Source of the DNA: Candidatus Thermosaccharophagus tengchongensis
GTDB lineage: Bacteria > Armatimonadota > Fervidibacteria > Fervidibacterales > Thermosaccharophagaceae
DNA: 64,000 bases
NCBI GenBank assembly: GCA_032161105.1
Contig: JAVHTD010000010.1
Strand: one strand, 5' to 3'
The notes beneath the pieces are model-generated. The model was not told the DNA's origin. It saw only the letters and a list, made by a program, of their open reading frames with translations, and did no database searches. The position numbers were made by a program, and so were the translations under genes. Below, in pieces: positions 8,773-18,279 of this stretch; positions within the stretch are counted from its first letter, which is position 1, and each line of letters begins with the position of its first letter.

Positions 8773-10211
8773 AGTTGCTTATATAACTCCGTCACCTTCT
8801 TGATGTAGCGCTGCGTTATCGGGTATGGGGGCACACCACCATACTTTGATACCGCGTTTGGTCCGGCATTGTAGCATGCGAGGGCGAGCGCAATTTGTCT
8901 CTCCGGTGGCAAATGAGCATAACTTGTGAGGTAGCGCGAGAGCAACCTCACACATCCCTCAATGTTCTGCTCCGGATCAAACGGATTTGATACGCCGAGC
9001 GATGCAGCAGTGCTCGGCATCAATTGCCCTAAGCCCATCTCCCCCTTTTGACCGACAGCATCGGGACGAAAGGACGATTCAACGGCTATCACAGCAACGA
9101 CAAACCTCGGATCAACTCCATACAGAATGCTGTAGTAAAGCAAAGCTCTGGCTATCCTTGTTGCCTGCTCATCGCTCAAAGACGGGTTGAAGTAAAGAGC
9201 TGCTCGTTTGTATGAGGGCAAAAGGTGTTGGACCTGTGTCCGTATAACATCCGACGATGGGAAGCCTTGCCAAATGATGTTCGGACGCAGCCTCGCATCA
9301 GTGTAAGTCCCTTCAAGTGCGGGCTGAGTTAATTGGTGGACGCGCTCACCCTGTTGCGCAGCATGAGTGCCATACTCACTTCGCCACCCAATGTAGTTAA
9401 CACCGCGAGAGGGCATATTACCGCGAGGCTGAATCGGCGGCGTCGCATAAACTGGCTGGATCTGAGTTGATGGGGCTTGGGGTGATGCTGCGGATGCATG
9501 GAGAGACAACGCTCCAAATGGTGTGGCTATTCCCTGCAGCGGTTGTGCAGGTGTTGTCCATGCGGAGTAAATTTGGACAGCGTTCGGTTGCCCTGAGAAC
9601 ACCGGTATATGTGATTGCACCGAATATGGCTGCTGACTTGCTGCATGTGTGCTTTGGGCAATCTGTGCCGGCGGTGCAGTTAAAGCGCGCTCAATCGGCG
9701 CCTGATAAATCACATTTGCCCCCTCCTGATAAGCTCGTGAGACAGAGGGAGACCATGCCGATTGAGCTTGTTCAAAATCAACGAGCTCAAGCGTGAGCAC
9801 GGAGCTCACATTTTCCGGCACGCGAGCAACCACAGTTACAGCAATACCTGTGTGCGTATATTTTGGTGGGAGCGAGCCGCGCACAAAGATGAGCGAGCCA
9901 TCCCTCGCCGTAATGCCGTATGTAACAGAGTTGCGCGCTATCACGAGCGATGTCAACCTACCATTGATTCTGATTAGGCGACCGCGATGGACAGAGAGTA
10001 TGGGTTTCACTTCATCGTAGTTGATGATGTCAGACTGCTTAGCGCTTCCGGTTGGAGCATCACCTTGATTGTTTGAGTTGTATGCGCTTTGAGCGAGTGC
10101 AACGCCTCGGATGCCAAGATGCGCGCACTCAAGCAGTATCAGTGTACTCAATATCGCCATCCGCACCAGCCTGACCAAACTCCAACCCGCCCACAAACTC
10201 GCGCCACCCAT
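8757..10211 (-). CDS. Exported lytic transglycosylase (C-terminal SLT domain, P/Q/A-rich linker)
   Basis: AVESSF catalytic Glu, GLGQLMP, YNAGP motifs; signal-peptide-like N-terminus. Confidence 0.9.
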   Translation of the reverse strand: MGGASLWAGWSLVRLVRMAILSTLILLECAHLGIRGVALAQSAYNSNNQGDAPTGSAKQSDIINYDEVKPILSVHRGRLIRINGRLTSLVIARNSVTYGITARDGSLIFVRGSLPPKYTHTGIAVTVVARVPENVSSVLTLELVDFEQAQSAWSPSVSRAYQEGANVIYQAPIERALTAPPAQIAQSTHAASQQPYSVQSHIPVFSGQPNAVQIYSAWTTPAQPLQGIATPFGALSLHASAASPQAPSTQIQPVYATPPIQPRGNMPSRGVNYIGWRSEYGTHAAQQGERVHQLTQPALEGTYTDARLRPNIIWQGFPSSDVIRTQVQHLLPSYKRAALYFNPSLSDEQATRIARALLYYSILYGVDPRFVVAVIAVESSFRPDAVGQKGEMGLGQLMPSTAASLGVSNPFDPEQNIEGCVRLLSRYLTSYAHLPPERQIALALACYNAGPNAVSKYGGVPPYPITQRYIKKVTELYKQLCGIQ

Positions 10212-10416
10212 TCAACTCAACCCCTTTAAATTGAAGCTACGCCATTAAATGCAGCGATGACTTTCAAGTTGCCTGTGGGAATGCTACGGACAGGTTAACA
10301 TCCTCTCCTACAAAAAGTGCCCCCTGCATTAAAGCAATTTAGCACAGTGCCGAAAGTTGGACAAGTTAACCCTTGAGGGCGCTCGGACAAATTATGCATG
10401 GGTTGCCAGTTTTCAC

Positions 10417-11541
10417 TCAGAGGCGGAGCTTGAAAATCACGAATTCAAGGAAGCGTGTGGCATACAGGAGAACATACGCCCCTATGACGATAGCAACGAA
10501 CACCTGAGCTATCGGAGTCATCAAGCCAGCTGGGTCAAACGGGATCTTTGTCGGTTCGTAAGCAATCTGCCTCCATAAGTTACTCGCTATGTGGACGAAT
10601 GCCTCGTATGCCTTCAAGTATGGCTGCCATAGGAAGTAAAAGGCAACTGGTATAGCGAGCATGATCAGCGGGCTAAAGAATTGATGCTTGAGCTGCTGGT
10701 GATACATGAAAATGGTGCACCTGTCGCAAGGTGCCTTTTTCTTGACCCTCTTCCATCTCCTTTTGATGAGCTCCTCCCTTCTTTCCGGTTCAAGTTCTGA
10801 GAGTGAGACAATCGTTTGCGTCCCTTCGGAAGACTCAACTGCCAACCCGCCAAGAAGGGCTTCAATAAGCATCGGGTCACATTGACAACCCTGCCCCAAC
10901 CTCCAGCATGAGCGCCTTCTTTGAAACACGGGGCATATGCGTTTCATGCTCTCGGAGCAAAATGGCAATTTCCAACACGGGCTGAATGCCCAAGGGCGTG
11001 CGCGCACAATTTTCTCTTTGGGCTTAACAACGAGCTTGCCGCCGCGCTCCCTCCTCACCTCAACTGGCGGCTTGCGCAGCAGATGATAGACGAGGGAGAC
11101 AATGCTACGCAACAACCCACCACCCAAAAGCACTATAGATAGCGAGCAGAAGGCGTTAACTATGACATCAGTGGCTTCGTTTGTGCCAGCGCCGCCAAGC
11201 AACATCTGGATCAAAAGTGGCATACCGACATACGCTGCGACACCGGCAATCAAGTAACAAGGTCCAAGTTGGGCGACTTCCCAATAGCGAATCAATGCTG
11301 CCGACAGGCTGATGCTGGCGCTCAGTAGGAATATGAAACTCACCCTGCCGGTCACTGCAACTATCCTTGCCATCTCCGGTGTCCCCGGGCGAGGGCGAGT
11401 TACAGCGCCACTGAGGATGCCATAAAACAGGTAAAGCAAAGCGAGCACAGCTATCACTGCACAGGTTAGAAAGAGCCAGTTCAATATTGTTCCTATGACT
11501 TCCTCAAGTGCCTCTCGGCGTGATGGACGCCACTTTGACAT
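10417..11541 (-). CDS. Polytopic membrane protein with an internal Cys-rich (two-CW-like) domain
   Basis: About 4 N-terminal and 2 C-terminal TM segments; CWKLPFC...CP...CWRLGQGCQC...CDRC; ATG overlaps the upstream TAA. Confidence 0.75.
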   Translation of the reverse strand: MSKWRPSRREALEEVIGTILNWLFLTCAVIAVLALLYLFYGILSGAVTRPRPGTPEMARIVAVTGRVSFIFLLSASISLSAALIRYWEVAQLGPCYLIAGVAAYVGMPLLIQMLLGGAGTNEATDVIVNAFCSLSIVLLGGGLLRSIVSLVYHLLRKPPVEVRRERGGKLVVKPKEKIVRARPWAFSPCWKLPFCSESMKRICPVFQRRRSCWRLGQGCQCDPMLIEALLGGLAVESSEGTQTIVSLSELEPERREELIKRRWKRVKKKAPCDRCTIFMYHQQLKHQFFSPLIMLAIPVAFYFLWQPYLKAYEAFVHIASNLWRQIAYEPTKIPFDPAGLMTPIAQVFVAIVIGAYVLLYATRFLEFVIFKLRL

Positions 11542-12638
11542 TATTCACCGCCTGCCGATGGATTGCTTGCCACTGCCACTTCCTTTCCGGCGAGCAGCTC
11601 TTCAAGTTGATCCGGGTCATTGGCATGTGCCATTGCTTCTTCCTTTGTCACGATGCCCTTCATGACGAGGTCCGCTAAATACCTCTCAAGTGTCGTCATG
11701 CCCTGCTTCATGCCTGTTTGAAGGATGGAGAAAAGTTGCGGTGTCTTTCCATCCCGTATAAGCGCCCTAACTGCTGGTGTTCCAACAAGTATCTCAAATG
11801 CGGCAACCATTCCCTTTCCATCCGCTCGCTTCAACAGCCTTTGGGCAATTATTCCGACAAGGTTCATTGAGAGCTGCACCCGTATTTGCTGCTGCTGGTG
11901 TGTCGGGAAAACATCAATGATTCGGTCAATCGTCCCTATGGCATCCGTCGTGTGCAAGGTTGAGATGACTAAGTGACCAGTCTCCGCAGCTGTTATCGCA
12001 AGCGCTATCGTCTCAAGGTCTCTCATCTCGCCAACAAGTATTACATCCGGGTCCTCACGGAGTGCCGCTCTGAGCGCGTTTGCGAAGCTATGTGTGTCCT
12101 GATAGAGCTCCCTCTGGTTTATTATCGCCTGCTTGTCCTCAAACACAAACTCAATCGGGTCCTCAACCGTTATTATGTGGCATGGGAAGCGCTCATTGAT
12201 GTAGTTGATCATCGCCGCTTGCGTCGTTGTCTTCCCAGAGCCGGCAGGTCCTGTCACAACAATGAAACCTCTTGGGCGTTCACAAAACTCCTTCACGACC
12301 GGTGGCAAGCCGAGTTCATCAATTGTCGGCACCTTCAGCGGTATGATCCTGAAGGCAGCGCCTATGCGACCACGCTGGTAGTAGCAATTGACTCTGAAGC
12401 GAGCCACCCCGGGTATGACATACGCAGTGTCAAGCTCCTTTGTTCGCTCAAACTTCTCCCGTTCCTCATCCTTGAGCGCCGAATAAATAAGCCTCTTAGC
12501 CTCCTCCTCAGAAAGCGGCGGAGTGTTTGCGCGGTATAGCTCGCCGAAGATGCGAAATATCGGCGGACAACCGGACTTTATGTGCACATCGGACGCCTTC
12601 TTTTGCATCCCAAACTTTAACAGCTCATCAAGTTCCAT
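11541..12638 (-). CDS. pilT: Type IV pilus retraction ATPase PilT
   Basis: ASDVH, GPAGSGKTTT, TVEDPIE, ALREDPDVILVGEMRD, TLHT, AVRALIR, GMTT. Confidence 0.95.
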   Translation of the reverse strand: MELDELLKFGMQKKASDVHIKSGCPPIFRIFGELYRANTPPLSEEEAKRLIYSALKDEEREKFERTKELDTAYVIPGVARFRVNCYYQRGRIGAAFRIIPLKVPTIDELGLPPVVKEFCERPRGFIVVTGPAGSGKTTTQAAMINYINERFPCHIITVEDPIEFVFEDKQAIINQRELYQDTHSFANALRAALREDPDVILVGEMRDLETIALAITAAETGHLVISTLHTTDAIGTIDRIIDVFPTHQQQQIRVQLSMNLVGIIAQRLLKRADGKGMVAAFEILVGTPAVRALIRDGKTPQLFSILQTGMKQGMTTLERYLADLVMKGIVTKEEAMAHANDPDQLEELLAGKEVAVASNPSAGGE

Positions 12639-12702
12639 AGTAAACTCACCTCGCAAGCCGATTGAAACTCGCAAATTGAAATTGCCCTCATACCTTCGCC
12701 CA

Positions 12703-13833
12703 TCATGCTTGGGTCAATTGTCTTGATAATTCCTCAAAGCGCTTTCTCTCCTCCTTCGGAACGAACTCAGCAGCGAGCGCCCTAAACTCAGCGGGATTGC
12801 TGCACTTGAGCAACGCATCTTCATAGCTTATGATGCCATCGCGAAGGAGCTGCAAAAGGTGGCTGTCAAGTGTTTGAGAGCCCAACTCCGCATCGGTCTG
12901 TATGTGGCTGTAAAGGTGTTGTGCTCTCCCTTGCCGTATGAGTGAGCGTATTGCTGGAGTCACTACCATGATCTCAAAAGCGGCTATCCTACCCGGACGG
13001 TCAATTCGCGGCACGAGCGTTTGCGATATCACAGCTTGAAGGCAGAGTGAGAGCTGCACTCTTATCTGCGCTTGCCTATCAGCTTCAAATGCATCCACAA
13101 TCCTATCAACAGTTTGCGCCGCATCAATCGTGTGCACCGTTGAAAAGACCAAGTGACCAGTCTCGGCTGCTGTTATCGCCCTCGCCATCGTCTCAAGGTC
13201 TCGCATCTCACCGACGAGAATGACATCCGGGTTCTGGCGGAGTATGTGCCTTAAGGCTGAGGCAAATGATTCCGTATCAACTCCAACTTCTCGCTGCGTT
13301 ATCGTTGAGAGTTTGTCCTCGTGCCAATATTCAATTGGGTCTTCAATTGTGATGATGTGTGCGCGCTTGTTCTCGTTGATGTAGTCAATCATTGCTGCAA
13401 GTGTCGTTGTCTTACCGGAACCAGTCGGTCCAGTGACAAGCACAAGCCCCCTCGGCAGCAATGAGAGCTTCTTCAAAACTTGCGGCAAGCCAAGCTCATC
13501 AATTGTGCGTATTTTTGAGGGAAGTGTCCGAAACGCACCACCAACATAGCCCTTCTGCTTGTAAATGTTCACCCTGAACCTTGACACACCCGGAAGCTCA
13601 TAAGCCAAGTCAAGCTCCCACTGCTCCTCAAAGCGCTTTATTTGCTCAGGTGTGAGGATTGAGTAGATTAACTCCTTTGCGACTTCGGGCGTCAGTGGCG
13701 GATGCTCAGAGCGGGTCAACTTGCCATAAATGCGAAACACAGGTGGTTCTCCAACCCTCATGTGCAAGTCAGAGCCATCACGCTCAACCACTTCCCTGAG
13801 CAAGTCATGCATGTCAACTGGATATGATGCCAT
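12703..13833 (-). CDS. pilT: PilT-family ATPase (second paralog)
   Basis: GSDLH, GPTGSGKTTT, EDPIE, LRQNPDVILVGEMRD, AIRSLIR. Confidence 0.93.
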   Translation of the reverse strand: MASYPVDMHDLLREVVERDGSDLHMRVGEPPVFRIYGKLTRSEHPPLTPEVAKELIYSILTPEQIKRFEEQWELDLAYELPGVSRFRVNIYKQKGYVGGAFRTLPSKIRTIDELGLPQVLKKLSLLPRGLVLVTGPTGSGKTTTLAAMIDYINENKRAHIITIEDPIEYWHEDKLSTITQREVGVDTESFASALRHILRQNPDVILVGEMRDLETMARAITAAETGHLVFSTVHTIDAAQTVDRIVDAFEADRQAQIRVQLSLCLQAVISQTLVPRIDRPGRIAAFEIMVVTPAIRSLIRQGRAQHLYSHIQTDAELGSQTLDSHLLQLLRDGIISYEDALLKCSNPAEFRALAAEFVPKEERKRFEELSRQLTQA

Positions 13834-13959
13834 CAACATCACCTCACCATTCCACAAGCAACTTTCGTCATAGCACTCCCTATGATGTCCCCATTCGCAA
13901 TCTGCTAAGCCGCTGCTTTACATGCACCGCTATCTATCTGCAGGAGCCTTGTGGGACAT

Positions 13960-15138
13960 TTATCCCTGTGAACCCTCCTGACCAAGCCTCTGCTGGCGAA
14001 GCAATGCAGCCCTTTTTCTTCTCTCCTGCTCCTCAAGCATCTGGCGCTCTTCCTCTTGAAGCCTGTGGAGTATGTGGCGCATCTCGCTCGGGTTGGTTGA
14101 ATAGCGCAGGGCATCCTCTGGGGTGATTAGCTTCTCCCTAACCATCTCAGCAAGGGCTTGATTCATTGTTTGCATGCCCCAATAACCGCCTTCCTGCTTA
14201 TCTTTGGCGATGAGCTGGTAGATTGTTCCGGAGCGCCCTTCTTCAATCTCCTTTGCGATTGTCGGAGTCACAATCATTATCTCAACTGCGGCTCTTCTCC
14301 CTGAGCCATCAGCGAGCGGAATGAGCTTCTGCGAGATAACAGCGAGAAGTGATTTTGACAGGCGAACGCAAACCATTGGGCGCTCATGAGGCGGAAACAT
14401 GTTTATGATTCTTTCAAGCGTCTCACTCGCACTCGGCGTGTGCACAGTTGAGAAAACCAAGTGCCCAGTTTCGGCTGCCGTCAGCGCTGCATGGAATGTT
14501 TCAATGTCCCTCATCTCACCGACAAGTATCACATCGGGACTTTCTCGGAGCACATACTTAAGTGCATCAAGAAACGAAGCGGTGTCAGTGCCAACTTCCC
14601 TCTGGCTGATGATTGAGAGCTTGTCCTCGTAGACATACTCAATCGGGTCTTCAATTGTGACGATGTGGGCACGCCTCGTTTGATTGATCAGGTCAATCAT
14701 TGCAGCGAGCGTCGTTGATTTGCCGCATCCGGTTGGACCTGTAACCAAGATCAAACCCTGAGAGAACATCGGGTCGGTGCAAAGGCGCTTGAGAACGGGA
14801 GGCAACTTCAACTCCTCAATCGTCCTTATGCGCAGCGGGATTACGCGAAAGACCATACCGAGTGTCCCGCGCTGCTGGTAGACATTGATTCTAAAGCGGC
14901 AAAGCCCCGGGAAGGTGAATCCGAAGTCAAGCTCGTGTCTCTTCTCAAAGCTGATGAGTTGATCCTCAGTCATTATGCAAAGCGCTATTTGCTTGAGGTC
15001 ATCCACAGTCAACGGTGGATGGTTGAGGCGATAAACCTTCCCGTGAATGCGCAACGCCGGTGGCGAACCAACCTTCAGGAAAATATCCGATGCCTCTTTT
15101 TCAACTGCATAGCGCATTAACCGTTCAAGGTCTATCAT
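13960..15138 (-). CDS. PilT/PilU-family ATPase (third paralog)
   Basis: GPTGCGKSTT, EDPIE, LRESPDVILVGEMRD, GMQTMNQ; AIRNLIRE motif degenerate (TIAKEIEE). Confidence 0.9.
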   Translation of the reverse strand: MIDLERLMRYAVEKEASDIFLKVGSPPALRIHGKVYRLNHPPLTVDDLKQIALCIMTEDQLISFEKRHELDFGFTFPGLCRFRINVYQQRGTLGMVFRVIPLRIRTIEELKLPPVLKRLCTDPMFSQGLILVTGPTGCGKSTTLAAMIDLINQTRRAHIVTIEDPIEYVYEDKLSIISQREVGTDTASFLDALKYVLRESPDVILVGEMRDIETFHAALTAAETGHLVFSTVHTPSASETLERIINMFPPHERPMVCVRLSKSLLAVISQKLIPLADGSGRRAAVEIMIVTPTIAKEIEEGRSGTIYQLIAKDKQEGGYWGMQTMNQALAEMVREKLITPEDALRYSTNPSEMRHILHRLQEEERQMLEEQERRKRAALLRQQRLGQEGSQG

Positions 15139-15343
15139 AGCTCCATCCCTCACACCGACGAGCTTATCGGTCTCACGATTTTAATATGCCGACCGATTCG
15201 CCCTCTCGTCAACACGCCTTGAGAAACCTTTCCCATGTCACCCTCGCAGCCAGTGAGATGCTTTGAGCAGATGAGCTATAATTGCGTTTGCCGTCAGAAT
15301 GATGAACCATCTTTCGTGCGGCTTTTGGAGGTGTCCTTTAGCG

Positions 15344-15772
15344 ATGCGGAGGAAGAAAAAAGCCGGCAAGAGAAGGACACAGCCAGAGGGCAAACCTGAA
15401 AGGGCGCAACGAAGGAAACGAACAGCGAGGAGGAAATCACTTGAGGAACAGGTGACGGAGGATATTGCTGCATTCGGCATTGATGAATGGACAGAGGAGG
15501 AAGCCGATCTTTACAGCGAGACAGAGCCACTCCCTGAAATCATGACGGTTGGAGATGTGCGCGAGCTGATAGAGAGTGGGCGTTACGACATCCTCAATCC
15601 ATATGAGGAGGTTGGCGAATGCTCGCTTTGTGGCAGACCGGTGAGATACATTGATTTAGCCCACTCAGAATATCTGGATGACACGCCAATTGATGAGGCT
15701 ACAGATGTGCTGTGCAGAATCTGCCGCGGGGAGGTCTCAGATTGGGAAGAATACCTTGAGGAGGATTACTGA
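15344..15772 (+). CDS. Hypothetical protein: basic N-terminus, acidic body, CxxC...CxxC Zn finger
   Basis: GGAGGTG RBS; CSLCG and CRIC. Confidence 0.7.
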   Translation: MRRKKKAGKRRTQPEGKPERAQRRKRTARRKSLEEQVTEDIAAFGIDEWTEEEADLYSETEPLPEIMTVGDVRELIESGRYDILNPYEEVGECSLCGRPVRYIDLAHSEYLDDTPIDEATDVLCRICRGEVSDWEEYLEEDY

Positions 15773-15778
15773 GCACAT

Positions 15779-16936
15779 ATGAGCGAAGTTATAAGCACGC
15801 TGTGCGAGTTGATTGAGATACCAAGTGTCAACCCCACACTCGCATCCCCGAGTGATCCACCAAACGGTGAGAGGCATCTCGCAGAGCACATTGCCGAATT
15901 GCTTAAGTGCATCGGAGCAAGCGTCATTCGGCAGCAGGTCTCAGATGGCAGGGATAACATCATTGCCATTCTCGGCAGCGGAAACATTGATGTCATGCTC
16001 TGCGCCCACATGGACACAGTTAGCGGGAATGGCATGCGTTACCAACCATTCAAGCCGACATTGGTTGGGGGAAAAATTTACGGGCGCGGTGCATGTGACA
16101 CTAAGGCGAGCATAGCTGCAATGCTTGTGGCACTCCGAAATGCCGCAAGGAGCGGCAGGCATGTAACAATCATGTTTGCGGCAACCGTTGATGAAGAATG
16201 TGGGGCATCAGGCGCAAAGGCGCTTTGCAAGTGGCTTGCGGAGCAGTTCGGACGAGACATGCTGCCGAAGATTTGCATTGTCGGCGAGCCAACGGATCTC
16301 AAAATTGCAGTGGCTCATAAGGGCTTTGTCAGGGGAACAATACGCACAACCGGCGTGAGCGCTCACAGCAGTATGCCCCACCTCGGAGTAAATGCCATCT
16401 GCAGGATGGCAAAGGTGATACCGTTACTTGAACTTTACGCTGACGAGGTCCTTTCAAAGCTCAACCATCCGTTGCTCGGGACGCCCACAATTAACATCGG
16501 GATGATACGCGGCGGTCTTGCACCAAATGTCGTTCCAGATCGGTGCGAGGTTGTCATTGACCTGAGGATACTGCCGTCGCAGGAGCCGATAGAGGCATGG
16601 CACAACTTGAGGGAGTTCATTCACTCATCTCTGGCAATTGACTTTTACACCGAGTTTGACCAGCCTGAGTTGATTGACACCGGAATGGAGACATCACCGG
16701 ATGAGCCAGCTGTCAAGCGGCTGATTGAGGCGACCCGCTCAGCACTGGGCAGCGTGGAAGTCATCGGAGTGCCATACAGCACCGACGCGAGCAAATTTGC
16801 CTCAATAGGCATACCGAGCGTCGTTTTTGGTCCGGGGAGAATTGAACAGGCACACTCAGCGGATGAGTTCGTTGAAGTTGAGCAGGTTGAAAAGTATGCG
16901 ATCGCGCTTGAGCGATTCCTCCTGCATTTGCAATGA
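15779..16936 (+). CDS. M20 family metallopeptidase (ArgE/DapE-like)
   Basis: AHMDTV, GRGACDTK, DEE, GEPT, AHSS, QAHSADE. Confidence 0.93.
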   Translation: MSEVISTLCELIEIPSVNPTLASPSDPPNGERHLAEHIAELLKCIGASVIRQQVSDGRDNIIAILGSGNIDVMLCAHMDTVSGNGMRYQPFKPTLVGGKIYGRGACDTKASIAAMLVALRNAARSGRHVTIMFAATVDEECGASGAKALCKWLAEQFGRDMLPKICIVGEPTDLKIAVAHKGFVRGTIRTTGVSAHSSMPHLGVNAICRMAKVIPLLELYADEVLSKLNHPLLGTPTINIGMIRGGLAPNVVPDRCEVVIDLRILPSQEPIEAWHNLREFIHSSLAIDFYTEFDQPELIDTGMETSPDEPAVKRLIEATRSALGSVEVIGVPYSTDASKFASIGIPSVVFGPGRIEQAHSADEFVEVEQVEKYAIALERFLLHLQ

Positions 16937-17009
16937 TGCGATTGCATCAACCTTCGCTTCAACTGCGCAGCCTTAGGGCAGCTTTAACTCGCCTTATTCG
17001 CTCAGGTGC

Positions 17010-18176
17010 TCATCGCTTACGATGAAGCAGCTTGCGCCGTTTATGTGAGAGGGCTTCACCGTAGAGGGAAATGGTATGCCTTGCTATCTCGTTCCATGCC
17101 TCCTCCCAACTTGGCACGGCTGAGAGAGCCGCTCGCTTCAGCTCCTCAAGCATTCCGCTGTAAAGCGATGCCAGCTTCTCTGCCATGCCATCACTGTCAT
17201 CCGGCGAATCAACAAGCAGCAGTGCCCTGCCAAATCTCCTCTCAACCTCAGCCTCACCGCGCACAGTCACAACCGGCAAGCCATGTTGAACGCACACAAT
17301 GAGCGTCCCACGGCGAGTTGATGCTCCATCCGGAAATGGCAATAGAGCTGCATCGCAAGCTTGCAAGAGGTGAGAGACTGTTTCATTCGGCTGTGCTCCC
17401 ATCCAAAGAAGCTTCCCGTAGATGCCGAGCTCATGCGACAACCTGAGGATGAATCGGTGATATGGATTTTCATGCGGCTCAAACTCGCCAATGAGCATCA
17501 TGCGGCTATTCGGCACGAGTTCAATGAGACGCCTGAACGCCATCAACGCAACCGAAGTCCCTTTGTGCGGATGAACGAATCCGAAGTAAGCAACGACAAA
17601 CTCGCCCCTGTCAATCCCAAGCCTTTCCCTCAACCTCATCCTCTCGCTCTCGGAAAGCCAACTTGGGCGTATTGTCGGACCGGCTGTGCTCACCCTGACC
17701 TTTGAAGCCAGCGGCGGAAAGAAGCGCGCAATTGCATCGCGTTCGCCGCTTGATGGCACAAGCACACCGTTCATCGGCAACATGAGAATGATGTCGGCGA
17801 GCTTCCTCATGACATGAGCCATTTTAAACTCGTGTAGTGTGAGCACAACCGGATAACCAAGCACAACCAAAATGTATGGCAATAGGATTGGAGAGAGAGA
17901 ATACCCATACGCCCTCGCTGGGTATATGAAATGCACGACATCCGGCTCACACTTGCGAACGAGCGAAGCAATGCCCGCAAGATGACTCAATGACCAACTG
18001 CGCACCGAAACGAGTTCGTATGGCAGCGATTCGTGCCCGTGCGGGATGCACGATGGCGAAACAAGCAATGTTGCCCTTACACCGAGGCGGTGCAATGCCA
18101 ATGCGAGCGGCGCAGTGTAATCGCCGATGCCGCAAATCAGCGGCGGATGAGAGCCGGCGATGATGCAAGTCCGCAT
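17010..18176 (-). CDS. Glycosyltransferase family 4 (GT-B)
   Basis: CGIGDYT, LTLHE, YFGFVHPHKG, LLPFPDGASTRRGTL, GLPVVT. Confidence 0.88.
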   Translation of the reverse strand: MRTCIIAGSHPPLICGIGDYTAPLALALHRLGVRATLLVSPSCIPHGHESLPYELVSVRSWSLSHLAGIASLVRKCEPDVVHFIYPARAYGYSLSPILLPYILVVLGYPVVLTLHEFKMAHVMRKLADIILMLPMNGVLVPSSGERDAIARFFPPLASKVRVSTAGPTIRPSWLSESERMRLRERLGIDRGEFVVAYFGFVHPHKGTSVALMAFRRLIELVPNSRMMLIGEFEPHENPYHRFILRLSHELGIYGKLLWMGAQPNETVSHLLQACDAALLPFPDGASTRRGTLIVCVQHGLPVVTVRGEAEVERRFGRALLLVDSPDDSDGMAEKLASLYSGMLEELKRAALSAVPSWEEAWNEIARHTISLYGEALSHKRRKLLHRKR

Positions 18177-18279
18177 TGCAGCGTTGCCAGCCAAAGAGCC
18201 ACTCCATGGGGAAGTCACATCGTTCATCGGCTCATGTTGAGAACCGAAGCCCACCAGACAATCACCGTTTGCAGCCCTC

